Shown here: positions 32,555-40,693 of the stretch, in pieces
Numbering within the stretch: the stretch's first letter is position 1
Layout of the letters: every line of letters begins with the position of its first letter
DNA from: a virus
Lineage: Duplodnaviria > Heunggongvirae > Uroviricota > Caudoviricetes
IMG/VR virus record: IMGVR_UViG_2619619135_000002
Length of the DNA stretch: 45,104 bases
Reading direction: 5' to 3' (one strand)
The notes under the pieces: generated by a model
Database searches by the model: none
Seen by the model: only the letters and a program-made list of their open reading frames with translations
Told to the model about the DNA's origin: nothing
Program-made: the position numbers and the translations under genes

Positions 32555-35059
32555 TTAAACCGTTTCATCAAGGAAATACTTAGACGAATCATCCTGTTTC
32601 GGTTGATATGTTTTTTTTGCAGAATTAAGAACTCTTCTTAGTTCTTTTCTTAACTCAGGTAAACGCTCCTGAAGAGGGTTAGAACACCATTGTGAAGGCA
32701 ACCCTCTTATAATAGCTTCGGAACAAAGCGGTGAAATAAGTTTTTCCATTTGATAATAGAAAGTTTTTGCTCGACTTACACGCATTGTGATCCTTTTTAT
32801 TACATCTCTTTCAGACTCAATTCTAGCACTCAGATCTCTTAATCTACTCCATACCTTAGCATCAGCAATATATGTATCATAAAGCATACACTCTATAAAC
32901 GTGAAATTACTAATAAGTTCTTTTGCAATATACCCCCCCAGCCGAGAAGGAATGAAACTTGATGAAGCTGTTGGATCTCCGTGATTTACGGTGAACAAAA
33001 ACCTTTTATTGCATAAATCAACGAGAACTCGATGCGTGAAAGAGTCACCTATACCAATTAACCTTAACTTTTCAGTTATTACCGAACCATCGATTTGTCT
33101 GAATCCGGGATCGCTTGCATACGAAACGATAACATTAAGAATGTACAGCCTCAATAATTGCATTTGTGTCACAGCTAAATTCGAATCAAACGGGTTCGCA
33201 ATAGTCGACGTTGACTCGCTATAAGTCAACTCAGTACCCAGTAATATAGCTCTAAATGCCTCATGACGTGGAAGAAGATATCTTCCTTGTTCTCTGAAAA
33301 TTTGTACTGCTTTACCTGGACTCGTATACCCTCTTTCTAAGAACTCACGAGTCATACGTAATGCTAATCGAACATCATCCGTAGCAAGAACTTCAATACG
33401 TGTTCCAATCTCACTTCCCAGCACAGACCCACTAATAATATCGACTAATTGTGATATATCATCCAATACAACTTTAGCGCCATTTTCTGCAATAAAATTT
33501 CCACTTTTATTACTTGTCATATACTTTACTAGTGCAAAGCGTTTTGCAATCACACTACTTATTCTCGGTGGATCTATTTGTATAACTTCAAAATCGAAAG
33601 CATCTATAGCAGGTGAGTTTTTATGTTTGATAAATGTAGACTGCCTCAATGAAAGTACTAAATTTAATGAAAGCGCTCTGGAAATTGAAAATGACTCGGT
33701 AAATATCCGGGACTGGATATCATCAAACTCGATCTGATCAACGTTATCAATAACAAGAAAAAAAGATGTCTCTTTTGTAACGCGACTTATTATTTTATCA
33801 ACATAAGGTTTTATCTTTTTATATTGTTCATATAAAAAATCCGAGATTCTGGTATTTTTTTGATCCTCACTCAATAAAAAAAGAGGTCCTGATTTTATCG
33901 CCTCAATATCTTCTCGAAATGCATCAAATACAAAATCCTTATTACTCAAAACAGGATGCTTATTGATATATTCCAGAATTGATTTATAAATAAAATCGAC
34001 TATTGAACTTTCTGATGGATTATCTAGAAAGTCTATATGAACCCAATGCGGCGTCAAGATATCACATTGATTTGAAAAAAACTCTTTTATTCTAACCTTT
34101 CTCATGTAATGAAGAAATGTTGTTTTACCTGCACCTACAGTCCCAAGTAACAAGATCGCGAGAGGTTTGTCATTCCTGACTTTTATTTTTTTCTTCCCTT
34201 TAACCTGAAACTTATCAACTATTCTTTTTGTATCTTTATCATTAAGCCCTTTTAGTACTTCACCATTCAGCACACTTGAACGCCTACCTATATTCATTCT
34301 AATTTTACTATCGAATCTCATAGTTTCTGGTGTTGAAACATAACATTTATCAAAGGAGTCTTCATCCAAGTAAAGTATAGAATCAGAAAAAGCCAACCTT
34401 AATTCATCAGCAATCAAATGATATATTGGATTATTTGTCTGTGTTCTGTTTTGTTGCGAATAAAAATTTCTTAATTTTCTAAATTCTATTTGATTTTCGA
34501 CGCGACCTAAAAGTGCTGTTTCTAGACTTCCTGATATAACATTTTCACGACTAAGTAAATCATAGAATTCTTGATAATTATCATTTAAGCAATCTTCTAA
34601 CGACCAGAACACAAGCGCTATTGAATCATTAAATTTGACATTGTCATGCCTCTGAGCTGCAAAACATGCCCATACATTTCCATTCGTAGCGACAGCATAA
34701 TCTATACCAAATTTCCTGGCGTAATCTCTAGCTTGTATTATCGCTTCACCAAGATCACTTTGTAAAAAACTATTACTTAGCTTTATTTTTCTTTTTCCTG
34801 GAATTGTACTAAAGCTTGGCCCTGCCTTTTTAGCTTCAACAACAAGAGCAATATTAGCTGTTTTTAGTATATAATCAGCATAAGTTGTCAAACCATCTTC
34901 AGTCACATGCTCTTCTGGTTTTATATCACTATCAGTCCACATCAAGACTTCCTTTAATACCCGATCTATCACTTTTAGTCTTGTGGCTGCTTCATTTGCA
35001 TTTTCTAATTGTAAATGATGATAAGCTGATAATATTTCCGAAATAAATGTTTTCTCCAT
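32555..35059 (-). CDS. Large nuclease-NTPase fusion protein: N-terminal PD-(D/E)xK (HsdR-N/Mrr-like) nuclease domain plus STAND/NACHT-like P-loop NTPase plus alpha-helical C-terminal domain; candidate antiphage defence protein
   Basis: 834 aa. Residues about 60-77 TYADYILKTANIALVVEAKK give the D...E-x-K nuclease signature, followed by ...YAVATNGNVW... Walker A at about 306-313 (GTVGAGKT); Walker B at about 433-442 (FFLVIDNVDQ, a D-x-h-D-E/Q pattern typical of STAND NTPases). The gene and its flanks are visibly AT-rich relative to the rest of the prophage. Confidence 0.6.
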   Translation of the reverse strand: MEKTFISEILSAYHHLQLENANEAATRLKVIDRVLKEVLMWTDSDIKPEEHVTEDGLTTYADYILKTANIALVVEAKKAGPSFSTIPGKRKIKLSNSFLQSDLGEAIIQARDYARKFGIDYAVATNGNVWACFAAQRHDNVKFNDSIALVFWSLEDCLNDNYQEFYDLLSRENVISGSLETALLGRVENQIEFRKLRNFYSQQNRTQTNNPIYHLIADELRLAFSDSILYLDEDSFDKCYVSTPETMRFDSKIRMNIGRRSSVLNGEVLKGLNDKDTKRIVDKFQVKGKKKIKVRNDKPLAILLLGTVGAGKTTFLHYMRKVRIKEFFSNQCDILTPHWVHIDFLDNPSESSIVDFIYKSILEYINKHPVLSNKDFVFDAFREDIEAIKSGPLFLLSEDQKNTRISDFLYEQYKKIKPYVDKIISRVTKETSFFLVIDNVDQIEFDDIQSRIFTESFSISRALSLNLVLSLRQSTFIKHKNSPAIDAFDFEVIQIDPPRISSVIAKRFALVKYMTSNKSGNFIAENGAKVVLDDISQLVDIISGSVLGSEIGTRIEVLATDDVRLALRMTREFLERGYTSPGKAVQIFREQGRYLLPRHEAFRAILLGTELTYSESTSTIANPFDSNLAVTQMQLLRLYILNVIVSYASDPGFRQIDGSVITEKLRLIGIGDSFTHRVLVDLCNKRFLFTVNHGDPTASSSFIPSRLGGYIAKELISNFTFIECMLYDTYIADAKVWSRLRDLSARIESERDVIKRITMRVSRAKTFYYQMEKLISPLCSEAIIRGLPSQWCSNPLQERLPELRKELRRVLNSAKKTYQPKQDDSSKYFLDETV

Positions 35060-35768
35060 AGATTATTCTCTCTATAAAAAATAACGAAAATTTTTCTGAT
35101 TAGTTTTACCGCATTTAGTTACAATAACCTAGCTATGTCAAGTCTGATGTTATCCTAAATTTCATTTTTGTTATATTATCCTCTAATTCTTAAGGCACAC
35201 GTTTGAAAAGCGTCGACTTTCTCCTGTATGCTCTGAAGGTATCATTTACTCTGATTTTTCACGCAGTGTGCCGGATAGTTTTCTGTCAGGATAGAGCCCT
35301 AGATGACACGGATGACCGCTGATGACCTGAATATGATCATGTCGCTAACATTCGCCATGGGTAATATTATTAGCCAATCCCGCCCCATCTGTTCATTCTG
35401 CTCCTGAATGCCCCCCCCCGAAGTCAGCAGACTATGGCCTCGTTGCTGACATGCTCAGAGCCAACTCCTTACCCCCTTACGTAGAAGCAATCTCAGGCAC
35501 CATTAGTGATTACGGTAACCGAGCAGTTGTATTACACCGAACCGACTACCGCTATCATCAACACCTATCTTTGGGGCATAAAAGCGTGGCATAAAGGAAG
35601 CAACTAGGCAGTGATTATGTAAGTACATCTGTAAAACGGACCATCCATTTTAAATATCCTCTGATCCCCCTCAATATCCACCTCTAGCACAAAGCGGACA
35701 ACCACGCTAGCTCTCCCCTGTACCATGAAAATTTCAATTCACATATGTATTAATGCTCTTTAGTCTCT

Positions 35769-36191
35769 TCACTTCAATAAATACTGAGAATCCCCCTGAT
35801 AAAACGACAATATGCGCTGCATAACTTCGCTTTTACGGCACTCACTACAAATTATATTATGATGCCTGTCGTAGCGACGTATTTCTCCATCAGGTAATGA
35901 CCAGATAAGGTCCGGATCAACCGCAGATGGTTTCTTCAGCTTTGCCCTTGAGAGCTTTTTACGGGCATTTTGCCAGTCCTTACGCGCCTGTTCAGACGGG
36001 AATAACCCGTAACCAGAGTTGTATACATCGCCACTGGCAACCAGCTCTCTGGCCAGAACGCTCATCAGATATCTTGTTGCCCCAGTTTTAGCTTCCAGTT
36101 GTTGTAACGTCTCGCGCCCACTCTGGCGTACGAGTTCAACAACCTGCCCTTTAATTTTTTCCCGCTCTTCTTGTGTAAAAACTTTTGCCAC
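35769..36191 (-). CDS. Hypothetical protein (140 aa), possible HTH; occupies the position downstream of the replication initiator
   Basis: ORF of normal GC content with ...TLQQLEAKTGATRYLMSVLAREL...; no firm family assignment. Confidence 0.45.
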   Translation of the reverse strand: MAKVFTQEEREKIKGQVVELVRQSGRETLQQLEAKTGATRYLMSVLARELVASGDVYNSGYGLFPSEQARKDWQNARKKLSRAKLKKPSAVDPDLIWSLPDGEIRRYDRHHNIICSECRKSEVMQRILSFYQGDSQYLLK

Positions 36192-36231
36192 AAGCCCTCC
36201 TGAAAATTACCTCATGACCAGAAATTAACAC

Positions 36232-37308
36232 TTACCCCCTGAAGCCCGGCGGAATTTCGTTATCCGGTTCAGAAATATGATTCACACAACGCTGGTTGTT
36301 CGTGCCGCTTACCGGGAGCAACCAGGGGTTCTCAAAATTCCTGTCCGGTCCAAAAAACGTCGTCGCTCGCTGAACAAATTCCGTTCCCGTTTTCCCGGTA
36401 GCCGCCAGGTATCTTGCGTAACGCCTCACGCCATCCAGCATGGCCTCTGGTGGCACCCCCTCGCGTAATCTGGCCTTCCAGGCACTGAAAGCGGATTTCT
36501 TCGGGTTTGCTCCGGCACGCAACGGGTACTCCCGCCAGACCTGTTCGAACACATCCGGATAATCCACTCGTCCCACAGACTGCCCGGTGTTTTCCGGGAC
36601 TACCCGATCGGCTTCCCGCTGAATGGCGGAATCGGCTTCAGGCTGCTGCAGTTGGTGTGATTGCTCCGGCCTTGCGATCATCACCTGCTGCACAGCGCCC
36701 GAATCGGCTTTCAGCGCATACGCTGAATCGGCTTCCGGTGTCGTGCCTGCTGGCTGACCAGGATTGACGGTCTGAACATCCCCTGCCTGGTTCGTGGCGT
36801 TTTTTACGCCATGGACCATAGTGTTTTGATCTTCTTGATCTGTATCTTTATCTGTATCTTTATCTGTCGTGACTCGTCGTGACATGTGCGTGACATTTCG
36901 TGACGCGCCGTGACAATCGCCATTTTGTTCCCGCTTTCTTTCCCTCTCTCGCTGCGCCCTCTTGCGCTCTGCAGGAGATTTTGCGGTTTGCGAAATATTG
37001 CCGTTGTCCTCTTTAAGCACCTGGCGTTTTTCCCATCCAGTGATTAAATCACCATCAAGTCCCCGCCCCTGCATCGTCTGCAAAATTGAATCAATTACCT
37101 CTTCTGTCACGTCGAGCGCACTTGCCAAATCTTCTGTCGTGACATCAATGTGACCTCGCGTGACATTTCGTGACGCGCTCACCAGGAGGTGGATATACAC
37201 TGCCATCACTGTTGCAATTGGCTGCCCTGACACCCTGGCAATTGTTCGCCACTTAGGGTCATTTGGCATGTCATGCCATAATCTGAGCCAGGCGTTAGCC
37301 ATACTCAC
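36232..37308 (-). CDS. Replication initiator / replisome organiser (O-like) carrying the origin iterons inside its coding sequence
   Basis: 358 aa; N-terminal wHTH-like MANAWLRLWHDMPNDPKWRTIARVSGQPIATVMAVYIHLL; position downstream of cro/cII-like genes; two CGTGAC iteron arrays lie inside the gene, mirroring lambda O/ori organisation. Confidence 0.65.
   Translation of the reverse strand: MSMANAWLRLWHDMPNDPKWRTIARVSGQPIATVMAVYIHLLVSASRNVTRGHIDVTTEDLASALDVTEEVIDSILQTMQGRGLDGDLITGWEKRQVLKEDNGNISQTAKSPAERKRAQRERERKREQNGDCHGASRNVTHMSRRVTTDKDTDKDTDQEDQNTMVHGVKNATNQAGDVQTVNPGQPAGTTPEADSAYALKADSGAVQQVMIARPEQSHQLQQPEADSAIQREADRVVPENTGQSVGRVDYPDVFEQVWREYPLRAGANPKKSAFSAWKARLREGVPPEAMLDGVRRYARYLAATGKTGTEFVQRATTFFGPDRNFENPWLLPVSGTNNQRCVNHISEPDNEIPPGFRG
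36868..36914. repeat. Iteron array 1: five CGTGAC repeats at 10-11 bp spacing, with adjacent TGTATCTTTATC tandem repeats
   Basis: CGTGAC at 36868, 36878, 36889, 36899 and 36909; preceded by TATCTGTATCTTTATCTGTATCTTTATCTG at 36841-36867. Confidence 0.7.
37138..37174. repeat. Iteron array 2: four (C/T)GTGAC repeats at 10-11 bp spacing
   Basis: CGTGAC at 37138, 37159 and 37169 and TGTGAC at 37149. The 19-mer CGTGACATTTCGTGACGCG is shared with array 1. Confidence 0.7.
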
Positions 37309-37373
37309 CTCTTCTGATACCGAATCGTTTTACTCACGAGTTGCCGGAAGCGATTCGATATGGCTATTGTCAG

Positions 37374-37799
37374 TCAATGTACTGCCACAGCATTTCCTGC
37401 CGGGCCACCACGGTTCATCTGATTGAAACCGGCGATTGCCACTGCGACAAAATCATCAGCGTCTCTCACCAGTCGCGCCCGCGTCTCCACCAGCTCCCGA
37501 AAATAAGCTGAACTGTGGCTGTGCATTCTGGCCACCAGCAAAGGTGGCATTGCCTTTTCGATCGCTGGTAACAACGCCTGAATTTTTTCAACTGCATCAG
37601 GGGTGTCTTTCTCTACCCAGCGGAAAATTTTCTGGGTATTGCGAGCCAGGGCTTCCGGATGGCTGTCGTCGTACAGTTCCGGGAACGTCATTCCCAGTTC
37701 GAAATACGCTTTGGTAATTTTCGCAGCCGGTACTTTTTCGCCGTCCGGATGCGCCCAGGCATTCATCGCCATGCGGATGTGTTCATGCTTGATTTTCAT
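37374..37799 (-). CDS. cII-position protein, YdaT-like (142 aa from MKIKHEH)
   Basis: Position immediately after the Cro-like gene, as for ydaT after ydaS in Rac-type prophages; N-terminus MKIKHEHIRMAMNAW. Family assignment is from memory and uncertain. Confidence 0.4.
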   Translation of the reverse strand: MKIKHEHIRMAMNAWAHPDGEKVPAAKITKAYFELGMTFPELYDDSHPEALARNTQKIFRWVEKDTPDAVEKIQALLPAIEKAMPPLLVARMHSHSSAYFRELVETRARLVRDADDFVAVAIAGFNQMNRGGPAGNAVAVH

Positions 37800-38025
37800 G
37801 AATCCCCCCTTGGTTAGAAGGCGGATTATGATCAGAACCGGGAATGACAACCGTCGGTATGTGTAACTCATATTTGAGCGCCCCGGCAGTGACTGCCTGA
37901 ATTAGCAACGCCCATTTCCACGGAACCTCTTCCCCCCACATGCTGACTGTGGTTTTTGACGTTCCTAGAGCTGCGGCTGTTTTAACAACTCCGCCAAAAT
38001 AGCCTAATACTTCTGATTTTTTCAT
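37783..38025 (-). CDS. Cro/YdaS-like HTH regulator (80 aa from MKKSEV)
   Basis: GGAG SD before ATG; ...VKTAAALGTSKTTVSMW... HTH; divergent from the repressor gene across the operator region. Confidence 0.65.
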   Translation of the reverse strand: MKKSEVLGYFGGVVKTAAALGTSKTTVSMWGEEVPWKWALLIQAVTAGALKYELHIPTVVIPGSDHNPPSNQGGIHENQA

Positions 38026-38054
38026 GAGTCGCTCCATAAAACTGAACGCCAAAA

Positions 38055-38116
38055 GTTTAATAATCAAAACCAAAGAAAGTCAAGAAACAAAACCATATGT
38101 GTTTTAAAATCAAAAC
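38055..38116. promoter_or_regulatory. OR-like operator/promoter region with two 16-bp GTTT(T)-N6-AAAAC sites
   Basis: GTTTAATAATCAAAAC (38055-38070) and GTTTTAAAATCAAAAC (38101-38116, abutting the repressor ATG); a third related site sits at the PL-like promoter. Confidence 0.55.
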
Positions 38117-38755
38117 ATGAGCAAGCAAACAATATCTGAACGCATAACCCAACGTATGCATGCGCTAAACCTGAAAGGCAAAGACCTTGTCAATGCCACT
38201 GGCGCATCAAAAGGCTCCGTAAGTCAATGGATGAACGGTGGAGGAGCGCCGTCCTCGCGTTACATAAGTTCACTGGCAAAGATATTGAAAGTAAACGAAA
38301 ATTGGCTTCTTAATGGAGGAGAGTTAAATACAGGTGATTCGCTTGATCTATCTTTACCGCCGATAAAAACGGTTCCGCTACTATCACTTCAGCAGGCAGC
38401 AAGCTGGAGTGATTATATGAAAAATTCCTCAATAACCTCTTGTGTGCAGCTTGTCGGAGAAATCCCGGCCAATACCTTTGCAGTTGTTCTAGAGAGTGAC
38501 AGTATGTCAACATCTGGTGGGGGAGTTTCCATCCCAAATGGTTCAACAGTTTTTGTTGATCCCGATCGAACCGTACAACCAGGAAATATTGTCCTTGCCT
38601 TACCCAAAGGGACCACAACACCTGTCATTCGTAAACTGGAGATAGAAGGGCCGGATATTCTTTTAGTCCCCACGAATCCTCGCTACCCTTCAATTATGCT
38701 GGAAGATCTATCTTGCATATTGGGCGTATGCTTTAAAATTCAACAAGATATTTAA
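38117..38755 (+). CDS. Phage repressor (CI-like; HTH plus LexA/S24 autopeptidase domain)
   Basis: 212 aa; N-terminal HTH; C-terminal S24 domain with Ser in VLESDSMS and Lys in PVIRKLE; no Shine-Dalgarno and an operator abutting the ATG, consistent with a leaderless PRM-type transcript. Confidence 0.85.
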   Translation: MSKQTISERITQRMHALNLKGKDLVNATGASKGSVSQWMNGGGAPSSRYISSLAKILKVNENWLLNGGELNTGDSLDLSLPPIKTVPLLSLQQAASWSDYMKNSSITSCVQLVGEIPANTFAVVLESDSMSTSGGGVSIPNGSTVFVDPDRTVQPGNIVLALPKGTTTPVIRKLEIEGPDILLVPTNPRYPSIMLEDLSCILGVCFKIQQDI

Positions 38756-38822
38756 CCAACCTCATCTATTTGATTAACTGTATGCCATCGTGGTGATGGC
38801 TTAACAGCTGCCTGCCTAAAAT

Positions 38823-38868
38823 GTTTTGATAAAAAAACATTGACCTGAAAAGTTCATTTTTCTAAACT
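38823..38868 (+). promoter_or_regulatory. PL-like promoter with overlapping operator
   Basis: GTTTTGATAAAAAAAC (38823-38838) then -35 TTGACC (38840-38845), 17-bp spacer, -10 TAAACT (38863-38868). Confidence 0.5.
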
Positions 38869-38966
38869 TCATTCATTCCCTCACCCCACCCCACAGAACG
38901 CCGGGCAATACTTCGAGTTACCAGGCAGTGGTCAGGGGTTAAGTAGCCAGCCCGAGGCGTAAGAAC

Positions 38967-39197
38967 ATGACGGCAGGGTTCAACTTTAACTATGCAGCAG
39001 GTTTTTGTTCCGCCACCCCGGCGTTAAGGGGAAATGAGGTCAGCATGGATACTATCGATCTTGGCAACAACGAGTCTCTGGTATACGGCGTGTTTCCAAA
39101 CCAAGACGGCACGTTCACGGCGATGACGTATACCAAAAGCAAAACGTTTAAAACCGAAGCTGGCGCGCGTCGCTGGTTAGCCAGAAATACTGACTGA
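38967..39197 (+). CDS. Hypothetical small protein (76 aa; alternative internal start MDTIDLG)
   Basis: First ORF downstream of the PL-like promoter; GAGG SD candidates before both possible starts. Confidence 0.4.
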   Translation: MTAGFNFNYAAGFCSATPALRGNEVSMDTIDLGNNESLVYGVFPNQDGTFTAMTYTKSKTFKTEAGARRWLARNTD

Positions 39198-39208
39198 TGA
39201 GGTTGACG

Positions 39209-39538
39209 ATGGAATTTAAAGATTTACCAATGCCATTCCAGGAAATGGCAGCGAATATAGTTCATTCTCAATTGGCGACTCTTGACCTGAGTACCGTAGA
39301 AAAAGAAACCATCGATAATATATCCGGTAACGTGCGTCGTGCCTTTATCGGTCTGTACGAAGAGAAGCAACTCTCTGATAACCAGGATTTACATAAAAAA
39401 TACTTCCTGGAATTAATGGACATCATTAATAAGGGGTTTGGCTTGTTAATGGAAAAGAAAGGGATTCGGATAGAACCCCTTGAAAATTGCTTCGTAACAA
39501 GAAGCATCAATTCTTTTGATTCAAAACAAGAGAATTAA
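39209..39538 (+). CDS. Hypothetical protein (109 aa from MEFKD)
   Basis: GAGG 7 nt before the ATG; overlaps the stop of the preceding ORF; lower GC than the structural genes. Confidence 0.45.
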   Translation: MEFKDLPMPFQEMAANIVHSQLATLDLSTVEKETIDNISGNVRRAFIGLYEEKQLSDNQDLHKKYFLELMDIINKGFGLLMEKKGIRIEPLENCFVTRSINSFDSKQEN

Positions 39539-39782
39539 TTACAGATTTAACATGCTCTTTCTCATGATTGAAGCTCTCAGGGTTGAAAGTGCCCGGCTGA
39601 AGCGAGTCGATATAATCAACGAGATTCTTTCGTACCGTTTCATCTTTATTCATGGCAGATGCAAGGTATGAAATTGCTAACAATGTTATATCACTACGCG
39701 CCGCAGCATGCTGTAGTGTTTTATCAAAATCATTAATTTTCCGTATAAGAGAGTTAAGAGTTTCATTGACATCAAACCCCAT
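39507..39782 (-). CDS. Hypothetical protein (91 aa from MGFDVNETL), convergent with the PL-side genes
   Basis: AGGAGG SD 5 nt before the ATG at 39782. The 202-aa listed ORF includes a GC-rich upstream extension judged to be non-coding. Confidence 0.45.
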   Translation of the reverse strand: MGFDVNETLNSLIRKINDFDKTLQHAAARSDITLLAISYLASAMNKDETVRKNLVDYIDSLQPGTFNPESFNHEKEHVKSVINSLVLNQKN

Positions 39783-40348
39783 TTCATCCTCCTGAGGGTT
39801 AGTAATTAAGGAGTTCTCCACGGGTGAGGTGGAGTGCGTGCGCCGGACACGGGTGAGCATCCGGCACTGACAGTTTACTGAAAGGATATCTCCCTGAAAA
39901 GTCAGGGCATAACGCGAAAGCGCACGGCGAAGTTGTTGGTTCATAGATAGCCTGTCGTTAAATTTTCGTCGACCGTGCGCTTCCGGTTGTGGCACTCCGC
40001 GAAATGGCGCGGCGGTAAGTATGGCGGGGTTATTCCTTCCCCGTTGAGGACACCGGGTTGTCAGGTTGACCATACGCTTAAGTGACAACCCCGCTGCAAC
40101 GCCCTCTGTTATCAATTTTCTGGTGACGTTTGGCGGTATCAGTTTTACTCCGTGACTGCTCTGCCGCCCTTTTTAAAGTGAATTTTGTGATGTGGTGAAT
40201 GCGGCTGAGCGCACGCGGAACAGTTAAAACCAAAAACAGTGTTATGGGTGGATTCTCTGTATCCGGCGTTAATTGTTAACTGGTTAACGTCACCTGGAGG
40301 CACCAGGCACCGCATCAACAAAGTTCATTTGTAAAAATGGAGATAATT

Positions 40349-40570
40349 ATGATTGCTCATCACTTCGGAACTGATGAGATTCCTCGTCAGTGCGTGACTC
40401 CCGGTGATTATGTTATTCATAAAGGAAGAACATATATTGCTTCGGTAAACAACATTAAAAAACAACGGCTCTATATTCGTGATTTTTCCACACAACACTG
40501 TATTAAGGAAACCATGATTAAAGTCTTCCTTGGTCGTGATGGTTTACCTGTAAAAGCAGAGTCATGGTGA
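40349..40570 (+). CDS. Hypothetical protein (73 aa from MIAHHFG)
   Basis: GGAG 7 nt before the ATG; immediately upstream of the large exonuclease gene. Confidence 0.4.
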   Translation: MIAHHFGTDEIPRQCVTPGDYVIHKGRTYIASVNNIKKQRLYIRDFSTQHCIKETMIKVFLGRDGLPVKAESW

Positions 40571-40693
40571 GCAGTAATAAAATAACTGCCACAATACGAC
40601 ATTCAGCTTAATGAATACATCAGATTTGATTCTTATATGCCAGCAATGGCAGGGATTTGTTCATCCTTAAATCTGTAATGAGGTTAAAACAAA

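Noticed and set aside
39783-40115. N-terminal 111-codon extension of the 202-aa minus-strand ORF (Arg-rich, N-protein-like composition)
   Set aside because: Starts at a non-ATG codon, GC-rich with atypical codon usage, and a strong AGGAGG-ATG start lies at 39782; treated as non-coding leader. The Arg-richness is on the wrong strand for an N-like gene.
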